64,000 bases of DNA. Origin: a virus. The position numbers and the translations under genes were made by a program. This document shows, one piece after another, positions 20,389-29,965 of this stretch. How positions within the stretch are numbered: the first letter of the stretch is position 1; each line of letters opens with the position of its first letter. The notes under the pieces were generated by a model. The model did not search any database. It was not told the DNA's origin and was given only the letters and a program-made list of their open reading frames with translations. The stretch lies in the IMG/VR virus record IMGVR_UViG_3300035181_000377, positions 2,828 to 66,827 of that record, one strand, 5' to 3'.

Positions 20389-23300
20389 ATGATGCAAATT
20401 TATGAAATTTTTTATAAACGGTTTGGTATACGCCGATTACAAAGCCTATTATCACCACGTGTATTTGAATTAGAAGAGTTTAACTTTACTAGAAGCTGTG
20501 CTTACCATTATGTTACTCATGCAGAAGGTAATCATTATCCAGATCCTAATATGGGATATTTTACTAGTTTATCTAAACGCATATATACAGAACATGTCAG
20601 TGAGTTGACTAGTTACAAAGGTATGCCTAAGAGAAATAGTAAAATGATAAATCTCTTAGCTAGACCTTTTCACGTAGAGCACAAGCACTTTAAATTCTTA
20701 AAAGAAGCGCATATATTTAATAAAGATCAATTAGCTCTGACTTTAATTAACTATGGTTATCTGGATGAACTTTATAGATATCAACCAGTTATTTTAAGTG
20801 ATTATTTTAAATGGTTTAATATTGAAAAGACTGCTTGGGACTTTGGTAAGAAAGTATTAGATGAATGCGATAGACAAAACTTTTACTTTATTAACTTACC
20901 AGATATTTTACCAAGCGTTTCTTTACTTAAAATATTCTCAACAAGAACCAATACTGCTTTATTAAAAGTATTTAATAGTCCTGAAAAATTAGGAATACTG
21001 GAATTATGGAAATGGATAGATCCTGATACTAGACCTACAAGTACACTAGGTAACTTTACCGATGAACAACTCCATAGAACAAATTTAGTATTTATCGCTA
21101 ATACTAAATGGACTATTCTAAATTTAGGGTTATTTAATAGCTGGATTAAAAAAGAAAATAACGATGCTAGTGTGGATGAAAATGTTTTAAGTTTCTCTGC
21201 ACACACGATGCAAAAATACTTTCTTAAATATTTAATCAGCTTACAAGGCTCTGGCGTAACTGTAGATAGTGAAGAGAATGAAAATGACGGAGATAGCGAA
21301 TATGAACTTAACGATAGTAGCGATAGTGATGATGCTACTGATAATAGCAATAACAACACCACGACTGTAAATTTAAACGCTGCTAAATTAAATAATAACG
21401 TCGCTAGTTTACAGACTGATTTAAAAGAAGCTGATGAAATTGAAGAAGTTAATGAAGATGCCGTAGACTTTAGTAAAGCACTTAAAGCCCTAGATGATGA
21501 TTTAGAAATATTGGATAGAATTAATAATCAAATTTTATTAGCGCGTGGTATCAAAGCTAATGCGGATAGTAACGATGATGCACATGAAGAAACTACTGTT
21601 GCGGAAGTACCAAAAGCAACAGCTGCAGATATTAGTGCAATCATACATAAAGAATTAACACCTAATGAAAAGTTAGTAGAGAGTATTAAAGACTATGCTA
21701 CGTTTGGTGTGTTAAGTCCAAGTGAAATAAAAAGTACATTAAAGTTAGCAGAATCTTTTCACGCTATTAAAGATCCATATGGGACTTATAAACCTATTGA
21801 AGAATTTATTAAGATAGAGCACGAAGATTTAAAAATAGATCATGAAGCTAGTAAATTAAAAGATTCACCAACCATCATAGATAAAACTATGCTAGAATCT
21901 AGACTAAGCGTGTTCGATAAAGATTACATTAAAAAAGTAATGCATAAAGATATTGCTGGTATGGTAGTAGGTGTACAAAGTGCAGGCATTATATTACAGA
22001 GCTACGATGTTGAAACTGAGGCTAGTGTATTAGGTTCTTTTGACGTACATACTTTAAAACTAAAACCTATTGATGGTGTTAGTTCTATTGTTCGTTTTAA
22101 ATTACCAGTAGTAGATACTAATGGCGAATTTAAGATGTCTGGTAATAAATACAGATCTAGGAAACAAAGATCAGATTTACCAATTCGTAAAATAAATAAT
22201 AGCAGTGTATCGTTGACTAGTTATTATGGTAAAGTATTTGTTAACCGTAGTGTAAAGGTAGCTGATGATAGCACTGCATGGTTAGTTAAACGTTTATATG
22301 AATTAGGATTAAGTCCTGAAAAAACTCACGTATCTAATTTAGGTGCTAGTAACGTATTTAATAATTTATTTAAAGCACCAAAAATCTATTCTGCATTATC
22401 AATGCATTTTAAATCTATTACTATTAGTGGATATGATTTTTACTTAGATTATAGAGATAGATTAAAATTAATGGAAGAAGCTCCATTAAAAGCATTAGAA
22501 GGCGATGCTTATAGATTAATAGCTATTAGTCCCAATAAAGAACCAGTCGTTGTAGACTATGAAAATAACTTCTTTATTTATAAAAATAAAGAATTAATAC
22601 CAATTGGTAGTATTTACGACATAGCTAACTTAGATCAAACTAAAGTACCTGTTGACTATAGTGTTTTAAAAGTATTCTCTAAAGATATTCCTTTAGGGTT
22701 AGTATTGGGATATATGTTAGGATTTAATAATCTCTTAACATTATTAGATGTACAATACGACACCATAGAATCTGGTAAACGCGTTAGTCTAAATAAAGAT
22801 CAATGGGTATTAGCATTTAAAAATATTAAATATATCTTTAATAGAAAAGATGTAGCAGCTAATTTAATATTAGGTGGTTTAAACAATTATGATAAATTAA
22901 TTAAAAGCTTTGATGTAGAAGAGTTTAATTCTAAGGACGTTTATTTTAACTTACTAGATAGTAGTAAAGTAGGTAGTAGATATCTGAGAGAGATAGATTT
23001 ATTAGATCAAATGTTTATTGATCCAATTACTAAGAGTATATTAGAAGACATGAAGGAACCAGTAACGTTTAAAGGTCTCCTATTGCGCGCTAGTGGATTA
23101 TTAATGAATGAGTATCACCCTGATGCCCAAGACATGCGATACATGCGTATAAAGGGTTATGAGCGTTTCTCTGGTGCCGTATATAGAGAGCTAGTAGCTA
23201 GTATCAGAGATTATAAAGGTCGGCATATTAGAGGTAGAGCAGCTATTGAATTAAATCCATACGCAGTGTGGAAAAATATAGCACAGGATTCTTCTAACAT

Positions 23301-24729
23301 GTTGGTTGCTGATATTAACCCTATAGAAAATTTAAAGCAGACAGAAGCCGTGACCTATACTGGTGAAGGTGGTAGAAATAAAGATGCGATGACAAAAGAT
23401 TCTCGAGTCTATCACGAGAATGACATGGGTACTATATCTGAGTCAACTGTAGATAGTTCTGACGTCGCTATTAATACTTTCTTGTCAGCTAATCCATTAT
23501 TTACTTCTATTCGTGGAACTACTGAGAAGTATGACTTTGATAAGAACGGCGCTACAAGTTTATTATCTACTAGTGCAATATTATCACCTGGTTCTGCTAA
23601 TGACGATAGTAAACGAGTTAATTTCATATCGGTGCAGCAATCACACACAATTTCGTGCGATGGTTATACTCAACCAATGGTTAGAACAGGTTATGAAGAA
23701 ATAGTTCCTCAGCGTACTAGTGCTATGTTTGCATTTGCTGCTGAAGACGATGGTGTAGTAACGTCATTATCGGATAAAGGAATTATTGTTACTTATAAAG
23801 ATGGTACAAAAAGAGGCGTAAATTTAGGTAGGCAGTATGGTAGTGCTGAAGGTTCTAATTACCCACACGACATAGCTACTCTATTAAAAATGGGTAGTAA
23901 GTTTAATAAGGGTGATAACTTAGCTTATAATACTGGGTTCTTTGAACCAGATTTCTTAAATCCAAAAGCAGTTATTTGGAGAAATTCTTTAACAGTTAAA
24001 ACTGTACTATTTGAATCTAGTCAAACACACGAAGATTCATCTTCTATTACAGCAGCATTAGCACAGAAACTAAATTCAAAAACAACTAAGATAAGATCTG
24101 TAGTGGTTAATTTTAATCAAGGTGTAGGTAGATGTGTAACACCTGGTACTCAATTAACACCTAAAGATTACTTATGCGTTATTGAAGATGAAGTAACTAA
24201 TGCTGGTGGATTAATGGATGATGACGTTTTAGAAACTTTAAAGCGTTTAGGTAATAAAGCACCTAAAGCTAAATATAAAGGAACGCTAGATAAAATCGAA
24301 GTTTATTACCACGGTGATAAAGATGATATGTCTACTGCTCTTAGAAAATTAGCTGATAAAAGTGATAAGGATTTAATTGAATCTGCTAAAGCATCGAATC
24401 GAATTCCTTATACTGGTGAAGTAAATGACGACTATAGAGTATCAGGTACTGCATTAATGTTAGATAGTGCCGAAATACGTTTCTATATCACTGTTGAGAA
24501 TCTTCCAGGTGTTGGAGATAAAGGTGTGTTTGGTAATCAATTGAAGTCAACATTTGGTGAAGTTATTAATTATGAGTTAAGTACAGAAGATGGTACACCT
24601 ATTGATGCTATATTCGGTCAATTATCTGTTGCTGCTCGAATAGTACTATCCCCAGAGTTAATCGGTACGACTAGTACACTTCTAAAGATAATTGGTAAAA
24701 ATGCTGTTAACATTTATAAAGGAAAATAG
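20389..24729 (+). CDS. Virion RNA polymerase beta subunit, large part (phiKZ gp178-like)
   Basis: KQRSDLPIRKI, NPIENLK, GEGGR, DDSKRVNF, THEDSS, GDKGVFGNQLKS motifs. Confidence 0.9.
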   Translation: MMQIYEIFYKRFGIRRLQSLLSPRVFELEEFNFTRSCAYHYVTHAEGNHYPDPNMGYFTSLSKRIYTEHVSELTSYKGMPKRNSKMINLLARPFHVEHKHFKFLKEAHIFNKDQLALTLINYGYLDELYRYQPVILSDYFKWFNIEKTAWDFGKKVLDECDRQNFYFINLPDILPSVSLLKIFSTRTNTALLKVFNSPEKLGILELWKWIDPDTRPTSTLGNFTDEQLHRTNLVFIANTKWTILNLGLFNSWIKKENNDASVDENVLSFSAHTMQKYFLKYLISLQGSGVTVDSEENENDGDSEYELNDSSDSDDATDNSNNNTTTVNLNAAKLNNNVASLQTDLKEADEIEEVNEDAVDFSKALKALDDDLEILDRINNQILLARGIKANADSNDDAHEETTVAEVPKATAADISAIIHKELTPNEKLVESIKDYATFGVLSPSEIKSTLKLAESFHAIKDPYGTYKPIEEFIKIEHEDLKIDHEASKLKDSPTIIDKTMLESRLSVFDKDYIKKVMHKDIAGMVVGVQSAGIILQSYDVETEASVLGSFDVHTLKLKPIDGVSSIVRFKLPVVDTNGEFKMSGNKYRSRKQRSDLPIRKINNSSVSLTSYYGKVFVNRSVKVADDSTAWLVKRLYELGLSPEKTHVSNLGASNVFNNLFKAPKIYSALSMHFKSITISGYDFYLDYRDRLKLMEEAPLKALEGDAYRLIAISPNKEPVVVDYENNFFIYKNKELIPIGSIYDIANLDQTKVPVDYSVLKVFSKDIPLGLVLGYMLGFNNLLTLLDVQYDTIESGKRVSLNKDQWVLAFKNIKYIFNRKDVAANLILGGLNNYDKLIKSFDVEEFNSKDVYFNLLDSSKVGSRYLREIDLLDQMFIDPITKSILEDMKEPVTFKGLLLRASGLLMNEYHPDAQDMRYMRIKGYERFSGAVYRELVASIRDYKGRHIRGRAAIELNPYAVWKNIAQDSSNMLVADINPIENLKQTEAVTYTGEGGRNKDAMTKDSRVYHENDMGTISESTVDSSDVAINTFLSANPLFTSIRGTTEKYDFDKNGATSLLSTSAILSPGSANDDSKRVNFISVQQSHTISCDGYTQPMVRTGYEEIVPQRTSAMFAFAAEDDGVVTSLSDKGIIVTYKDGTKRGVNLGRQYGSAEGSNYPHDIATLLKMGSKFNKGDNLAYNTGFFEPDFLNPKAVIWRNSLTVKTVLFESSQTHEDSSSITAALAQKLNSKTTKIRSVVVNFNQGVGRCVTPGTQLTPKDYLCVIEDEVTNAGGLMDDDVLETLKRLGNKAPKAKYKGTLDKIEVYYHGDKDDMSTALRKLADKSDKDLIESAKASNRIPYTGEVNDDYRVSGTALMLDSAEIRFYITVENLPGVGDKGVFGNQLKSTFGEVINYELSTEDGTPIDAIFGQLSVAARIVLSPELIGTTSTLLKIIGKNAVNIYKGK

Positions 24730-24731
24730 TA

Positions 24732-24947
24732 ATGGAAATAATTCAAACAGATCCAGCTCTGAAAGAGAGAATACTTAAATCTAACGTCACGCTAGCTTGT
24801 GCTGCTGAATTAGTATTAAGTACAATATCGCAAATAGCTGGTAATGATATCGCTACCAGTATTAATGGTAAGACAGCTACTACTGGTATTGTGTCTTCTA
24901 TTGTGCGGGCTAGATTTCAGAACGCTCTTAAACAAAACTCTAACTAA
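24732..24947 (+). CDS. Hypothetical protein
   Basis: 71-aa ORF in the operon. Confidence 0.65.
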   Translation: MEIIQTDPALKERILKSNVTLACAAELVLSTISQIAGNDIATSINGKTATTGIVSSIVRARFQNALKQNSN

Positions 24948-24959
24948 AGGACTAGTAAA

Positions 24960-26387
24960 ATGATAAGATCTAATACTACTCTGAGCATGACGCCATTAGC
25001 AGATTTCTTTGCTACTAAGTCGTTAACAGTATTACCTAAACAGAATACTGTTATTTATAAACTGCTTGGATATATTGACCAATTAGGACCTGCATTAACT
25101 TCTTCACCTGAAGCTTTAGCTGAATACTTAGAAGTATTAACTACAAGTGAAACTAATCCATTTACAAATGAATTAGACGATGTTGTTGGTATTTTAAAAC
25201 AATCGGTTTCAGCTCATTTAAGCTTTGCTAAAAATATCGTAAAGCCTTTAGTTGTAGACTATGTTAAGTTAGTTCAAGAGTATTTAGCAACTACTGATAC
25301 TGAAACACCTATGTCTAAATTCAATATAGATGTAGTTACAGAACCTACTTTGTTTAATGATGTTTCCTTTATGGATTCAATATCATTTTATAAATCTAAG
25401 TCTGTATTAATTCCGGATGATGTTATTGGTTTAGGTCCACGTTCTGGTAGAGATATCCTAGATCTAATGCTTACTCGCGACCAAGACACCGATCAGCAGA
25501 TTATTGCATGGTATACAGTGATTGGTGAAGACTTCTTTGTTCAATTATGGAATGGGTTGTTTACTAAGAATTTAGATAGCAATACTACGTTTGAAAAAGT
25601 ACGTACTGCTAATGTAGCTGATAAGGCTAACTATGCTTTGGCTATCTACCTAATTTCTAGAAATATTGTTAATGGTGCTGATGGCGATACACCAGTTATT
25701 AATTTAGCCGGCATGACTAAATTGGCTGAGCAATATAAAGATTTTGCTGGTTCTTTAATAATGGAAGCTAAAGCAAAATTTGAGACGCTGCTTAAATCTA
25801 AAATCATGATTTTAGGTATGGGTTCTGATGGTTATACTGCTAGCGTTTATGCTCCGGTGTATGTAGAGTGGTTGGGTAATGGCGGTTCACCTGAACTTAT
25901 ATTCAGTATGATCTCGATTAATTCTCCACAAATCACCGTTAAAGATATTACAGAACAGACCGAATCTCTTAAAAAGAATTGGACTAGTTACTGCGCATAT
26001 CACTCAGCAGCTAAAGCTAATAACTCTTTAAACTATTTTAAAACTGGTATGGCTATTTCTTTTAGTACTTTGCTAAAAACATTGTCAGAAACAGAGTTAG
26101 AATATATCAACACTGACGTAGATTACAATGGTAAAGTAACAACACTATTTAATCAACAAATTGAAGATTTAAAGTTATCTGATGTTAATAATATATTTGA
26201 TACTTGCTTACGTGTAATCTGTCGTTCGCGCTTCTTCTATACAGATGCTGAAAAGATTTTAGTAGGTATTAACCGCGCAGCTGAAGCTAATCCAGGTATT
26301 GATCCACGTGAAGCTGCTTTGATTTCTACCATTGAATACATTGCAGATTTCTTAGCTGATCAAATGTATTTAGAAAGCAAAATGTAA
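24960..26387 (+). CDS. Putative virion structural protein
   Basis: 475 aa, position downstream of the vRNAP genes as in phiKZ-like phages. Confidence 0.6.
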   Translation: MIRSNTTLSMTPLADFFATKSLTVLPKQNTVIYKLLGYIDQLGPALTSSPEALAEYLEVLTTSETNPFTNELDDVVGILKQSVSAHLSFAKNIVKPLVVDYVKLVQEYLATTDTETPMSKFNIDVVTEPTLFNDVSFMDSISFYKSKSVLIPDDVIGLGPRSGRDILDLMLTRDQDTDQQIIAWYTVIGEDFFVQLWNGLFTKNLDSNTTFEKVRTANVADKANYALAIYLISRNIVNGADGDTPVINLAGMTKLAEQYKDFAGSLIMEAKAKFETLLKSKIMILGMGSDGYTASVYAPVYVEWLGNGGSPELIFSMISINSPQITVKDITEQTESLKKNWTSYCAYHSAAKANNSLNYFKTGMAISFSTLLKTLSETELEYINTDVDYNGKVTTLFNQQIEDLKLSDVNNIFDTCLRVICRSRFFYTDAEKILVGINRAAEANPGIDPREAALISTIEYIADFLADQMYLESKM

Positions 26388-26390
26388 GAT

Positions 26391-27116
26391 ATGGATATTA
26401 GCAACTTAACCAGAGATGCTAAATCTGTTTTAAGTGCGTTAAAAGAATTGCCAAATAACAGCGTAGTGACTACTAAGGCTTGTAAGATACAAATCCCAAA
26501 AAGATTTGCTAGTAGAAACTTAGCTGTGATTGGTATTGATATTTATATACCTGGTATATACGTGTTGATAATGGAAGATAATAAATATGCAGTATCTACT
26601 ATTACTTCTCAAATAAAAATTAACCCATTTAAAACATTAGAAACAACTATAGAAGATGTAGATTATTATGAATTCTATTTTGAAGCTGGGCAAGTATTAT
26701 TCGAGAATATTAACTTAGTTAAAAAAGATACATTATTCTACTACATATTTGATGAAATTATTACCAAAGCTAATGTTCCGTGGTTTTTAGAATATGAAGA
26801 TTTAGGTAAGATATTTGACTATGCCGCTTTTTATGCAGGTAGTAATATTGGTGAGAATCCAGAAGTAACTGAATTAATTATTTCTTTAACTTCTAGGGAT
26901 GCAATAAATAAGATGAATTTTTACAGACATACTGTGAAGAATCGTTCTTATTTAAAAACTAATCCACCTGAATATGTAGCGCTGAATAGTGTTATATATT
27001 CCGCATCAAGTACATTAAATAAAATAGCAGGGTCATATGTTAGCGATGGTATTGTGTCTGCTTTAGTTGACACTACTACCGAAGCAAGCAAGATAGAGAA
27101 ATTATTAAGAGCATAA
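26391..27116 (+). CDS. Putative virion structural protein
   Basis: 241 aa, VPWFLEYEDL and KIEKLLR motifs, synteny. Confidence 0.6.
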   Translation: MDISNLTRDAKSVLSALKELPNNSVVTTKACKIQIPKRFASRNLAVIGIDIYIPGIYVLIMEDNKYAVSTITSQIKINPFKTLETTIEDVDYYEFYFEAGQVLFENINLVKKDTLFYYIFDEIITKANVPWFLEYEDLGKIFDYAAFYAGSNIGENPEVTELIISLTSRDAINKMNFYRHTVKNRSYLKTNPPEYVALNSVIYSASSTLNKIAGSYVSDGIVSALVDTTTEASKIEKLLRA

Positions 27117-27118
27117 CT

Positions 27119-27162
27119 AATTAAATACAGATAGCTGTGAGGCTATCTGTATTTAATTTTAT
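27119..27162 (+). terminator. Intrinsic terminator
   Basis: AATTAAATACAGATAGC-tgtgag-GCTATCTGTATTTAATT. Confidence 0.8.
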
Positions 27163-27248
27163 TTGAATGCATTTTTTTTCAGTCATATATAACATAATTG
27201 AACGTTATACGCTGTGTATAACAAAACCTTTTTTTAAGGAGATTTATC
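27163..27248 (+). promoter_or_regulatory. Repeated early promoter + hairpin + RBS module
   Basis: TTGAATGCA-T8-CAGTCATATATAACATAATTGAAC GTTATAC-gctgt-GTATAAC AAAACC-Tn-AAGGAGA. Confidence 0.8.
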
Positions 27249-27662
27249 ATGAATAATAAATACATCGCGTTCGTGTTATCTAGCGAATCACGGGCAGAGT
27301 TACTGGCTGCATATAATCCTGCGTATGGCAGGGTCATAGCACATCATGTCACGCTAGCATTTAATGGCGTGAACGAAGGGCTCTTTAAAGAGCTAAGTGA
27401 TGAATGCACTAGCCATCTAGGGATGCAATGCATGGAAGCTGTTACGGAGTACGATGATGGCGCTGGCGTACAGTGTGTGAAAGTTATTCCTGCATCGGCA
27501 GGGTCATCAGTTCGCCGAGATGGCGGTACTTACCATATCACCCTTTCATTGGGTGAAGGTAGACGGCCAGTAGAGTCTAACAACATCCTGAAAGAGGGTG
27601 GTGTTAAAATAAAGTCGACTCACTTACGCCTATATGGCTCGGTTCAACTTTTAGATAAATAA
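27249..27662 (+). CDS. 2H phosphoesterase
   Basis: Two HxT motifs (AHHVTLAF, TYHITLS), 137 aa. Confidence 0.85.
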   Translation: MNNKYIAFVLSSESRAELLAAYNPAYGRVIAHHVTLAFNGVNEGLFKELSDECTSHLGMQCMEAVTEYDDGAGVQCVKVIPASAGSSVRRDGGTYHITLSLGEGRRPVESNNILKEGGVKIKSTHLRLYGSVQLLDK

Positions 27663-27683
27663 GTTGGCGTGGGTGATATTTGT

Positions 27684-27723
27684 TAGAGAGGATTGGTAAT
27701 TACCAATCCTCTCTATTTTTTTT
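27684..27723 (+). terminator. Intrinsic terminator
   Basis: TAGAGAGGATTGGT-aatt-ACCAATCCTCTCTA followed by T-tract. Confidence 0.85.
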
Positions 27724-27769
27724 ATATTAATTTGATATAATTATTTTAATAGGTATCTATTTTTATTTT

Positions 27770-27856
27770 ATTTGAATGCATTTTTTTTCAGTCATATATA
27801 ACATAATTGAACGTTATACGCTGTGTATAACAAAACCTTTTTTAAGGAGATTCAAA
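27770..27856 (+). promoter_or_regulatory. Repeated early promoter + hairpin + RBS module
   Basis: Near-identical to the copy at 27163. Confidence 0.8.
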
Positions 27857-28111
27857 ATGGACATTTTATTAGAAGAGGCCAGTGCTACTTTAGTAGCGCT
27901 TGGATTTGTACCAGTCGTTGGGAATCCAGAATTCCTGGATTCACCAGGAAAAGACTGGTTTGGACCAGTTGTACAAGTCTACATCTACAAAAACATGTGC
28001 GGAACATGTTCAATAGATGTAGATGGTGGCTATAAGGCCACTTGTAATGGTCCAGATATGGAAAATTTTCTGTATCATCTTGACAAATATCACCCAGGTT
28101 GGCGTGGGTGA
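27857..28111 (+). CDS. Hypothetical protein (84 aa), early cassette
   Basis: True start after AAGGAG; the ORF-track extension is promoter sequence. Confidence 0.75.
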   Translation: MDILLEEASATLVALGFVPVVGNPEFLDSPGKDWFGPVVQVYIYKNMCGTCSIDVDGGYKATCNGPDMENFLYHLDKYHPGWRG

Positions 28112-28119
28112 TTAAGTTT

Positions 28120-28154
28120 ATAGAGGATGGAATTACCCATCCTCTATTTTTTTT
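28120..28154 (+). terminator. Intrinsic terminator
   Basis: ATAGAGGATGG-aattac-CCATCCTCTAT followed by T-tract. Confidence 0.85.
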
Positions 28155-28203
28155 ATTTTAATTTGATATAATTATTTTAATATCTGCGTGTATTTAATTT
28201 TAT

Positions 28204-28294
28204 TTGATTCCATTTTTTTTTCAGCCATATATAACATAATTGAATATTGTACATTCCGTACAATAATTTTTATTAATTTTTAAGGAGATTTATA
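28204..28294 (+). promoter_or_regulatory. Repeated early promoter + hairpin + RBS module
   Basis: CATATATAACATAATTG; hairpin TATTGTAC-attcc-GTACAATA; AAGGAG. Confidence 0.8.
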
Positions 28295-28636
28295 ATGTCT
28301 ACATTCAGTTTTAACTCATACGCGTTGGTTGGGCAGCTTATGGTGATGAGAGAAATGAAGGCACGAAATGTGTCTGATGAAGAAGGTATGGATTTTGTGC
28401 TGCATTCACCTGAAATGCTGTTGCTTTTCATGTCTTCTGACGAAACAGAGGACAAGAAGAATAAAGTATTGAGTTATTACAAAGCATCTTCACATCCTAA
28501 TAAAGAGCTTGTCTCTGTTTTAGAGGACGCGTTATTTCTTTCGTCTTCTAGAAAAGAAACAATCCCACTATTTGATATGCTGAAAGAAGAAGCAGATAAA
28601 TTCATAAAAATGATAAATTTAGAAAACATGCTTTAA
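28295..28636 (+). CDS. Hypothetical protein, paralog family A (copy 1)
   Basis: VGQL and SPEMLLLFMS shared with the genes at 28827 and 63814. Confidence 0.8.
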   Translation: MSTFSFNSYALVGQLMVMREMKARNVSDEEGMDFVLHSPEMLLLFMSSDETEDKKNKVLSYYKASSHPNKELVSVLEDALFLSSSRKETIPLFDMLKEEADKFIKMINLENML

Positions 28637-28656
28637 AAAGCCACTATAACAAATTT

Positions 28657-28687
28657 AAAATAGGAGCGAATGCTCCTATTTTTTTTT
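28657..28687 (+). terminator. Intrinsic terminator
   Basis: AAAATAGGAGC-gaat-GCTCCTATTTT. Confidence 0.85.
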
Positions 28688-28741
28688 ATTTTAATTTGAT
28701 ATAATTATTTTAATATGTATCTGTATGTATATTTTTTATCT

Positions 28742-28826
28742 TTGATTGCATTTTTTTTCAGTCATATATAGCTATATTGAACGTTGTACATTCCGTATAA
28801 CAAAACCTTTTTTAAGGAGATTCAAA
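28742..28826 (+). promoter_or_regulatory. Repeated early promoter + hairpin + RBS module
   Basis: CATATATAGCTATATTG; hairpin GTTGTAC-attcc-GTATAAC; AAGGAG. Confidence 0.8.
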
Positions 28827-29168
28827 ATGTTTTCATTCAACTTCAATGCATTCTCGTTTGTTGGTCAGTTATTGGTAATCAAACACATGAAGGCGCGTTC
28901 TGTATCCGATGCGGAGTCCATGGAGTTCGTTGTAAATTCGCCTGAACTAATGTTATTCTTTTTGTCTTCTAAAGAAGATGTAATGAAGAAGAACAAGATA
29001 TTGGAACTTTACAAAGCATCTTCACACCATAATAAAGAGCTTGTCTCTGTTTTAGAGGACGCGGCATTCTTTTCATCCAATAGAAATGAAACAATTCATT
29101 TCTATGACATTATGGTTGAAGAAGCGAATAAATTTATTGTTACAGCAGATATAGAAAATCTGCTGTAA
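28827..29168 (+). CDS. Hypothetical protein, paralog family A (copy 2)
   Basis: 113 aa, aligns end to end with 28295..28636. Confidence 0.8.
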   Translation: MFSFNFNAFSFVGQLLVIKHMKARSVSDAESMEFVVNSPELMLFFLSSKEDVMKKNKILELYKASSHHNKELVSVLEDAAFFSSNRNETIHFYDIMVEEANKFIVTADIENLL

Positions 29169-29180
29169 TGGTGAATAAAA

Positions 29181-29212
29181 AAAATAGGAGCATTCGCTCC
29201 TATTTTTTTTTT
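29181..29212 (+). terminator. Intrinsic terminator
   Basis: AAAATAGGAGC-attc-GCTCCTATTTT. Confidence 0.85.
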
Positions 29213-29285
29213 ATTTTAATTTGATATAATTATTTTAATAGGCCGTTGTATTTTATAGTAAAACTATTTTATAAAGGAAACTTGT

Positions 29286-29897
29286 ATGACATTATCTATG
29301 TTAGTTGCTGGCCTAATGAAAGCTAATGAATTAGTTGAAGTAGAAGCTAAAGATTATTCAATAATAAATGCCACATATGGAGCTTACTCTGACGCGCGTG
29401 ATGATGTATTTATAGAATACATTAATGCTAAAAAAGAATTTACTGGTATATCTGTAAATAGAAATGGAGAATTTAAGGACACTGCTACTTCTGAACCTCT
29501 TAAGCTTTATAGTTATAAAGATGGAACTTTAAAAATTTGGCGTGATCAAAAAGATCAATATAAGGCAGCTAGATTAGTGTGTGAACTATTTGTTAAAGTA
29601 CCAGAAGACTTAATGAATAATTCTCCAATACTATCTTATATAGATGGAAATAAAAGTAATATTAAAGCTTCTAACCTAGCATGGCGAAATAAAAATAACG
29701 CACAGAACAGACATACTACTACTTTATTAGTAACTGATCCAGATGGTAATGAAGAAACTTATTTTAGTATTGTTTCCTGTGCTAAAGCGATCGGGATACT
29801 TAAACAATATTTATATAATAGATTTAAAAAAGATGATTCAGATATTGGTAAGATTATTACATTAGAAAATGGGACTACCATTAAAAAAATAAAATAA
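29286..29897 (+). CDS. Degenerate HNH/NUMOD-type endonuclease-like protein
   Basis: ARLVCELFV...YIDGNKSNIKASNLAW with the catalytic His positions substituted; C-terminal YFSIVSCAKAIGI. Confidence 0.65.
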   Translation: MTLSMLVAGLMKANELVEVEAKDYSIINATYGAYSDARDDVFIEYINAKKEFTGISVNRNGEFKDTATSEPLKLYSYKDGTLKIWRDQKDQYKAARLVCELFVKVPEDLMNNSPILSYIDGNKSNIKASNLAWRNKNNAQNRHTTTLLVTDPDGNEETYFSIVSCAKAIGILKQYLYNRFKKDDSDIGKIITLENGTTIKKIK

Positions 29898-29965
29898 CCT
29901 TGATCAGTATATAGTATTTTAATACATCATATGTTTGATACAATATACTAACTAAGGATAGAATC

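Noticed and set aside
18761-24729. Introns or inteins in RNAP, terminase or DNA polymerase genes
   Set aside because: The ORFs are continuous and of expected size, with no intein splice motifs or embedded endonuclease seen. The acidic stretch in the beta subunit is a low-complexity linker.
27776-27856. Shared N-terminal peptide MHFFSVIY...ITKPFLRRF in ORFs 27776, 28746 and 42089
   Set aside because: It is the translated promoter module. The T-tract length varies between copies and breaks the frame, and the real starts follow AAGGAG.
27163-29240. Cassette array as an integron
   Set aside because: No integrase and no attC core sites; each gene has its own promoter.
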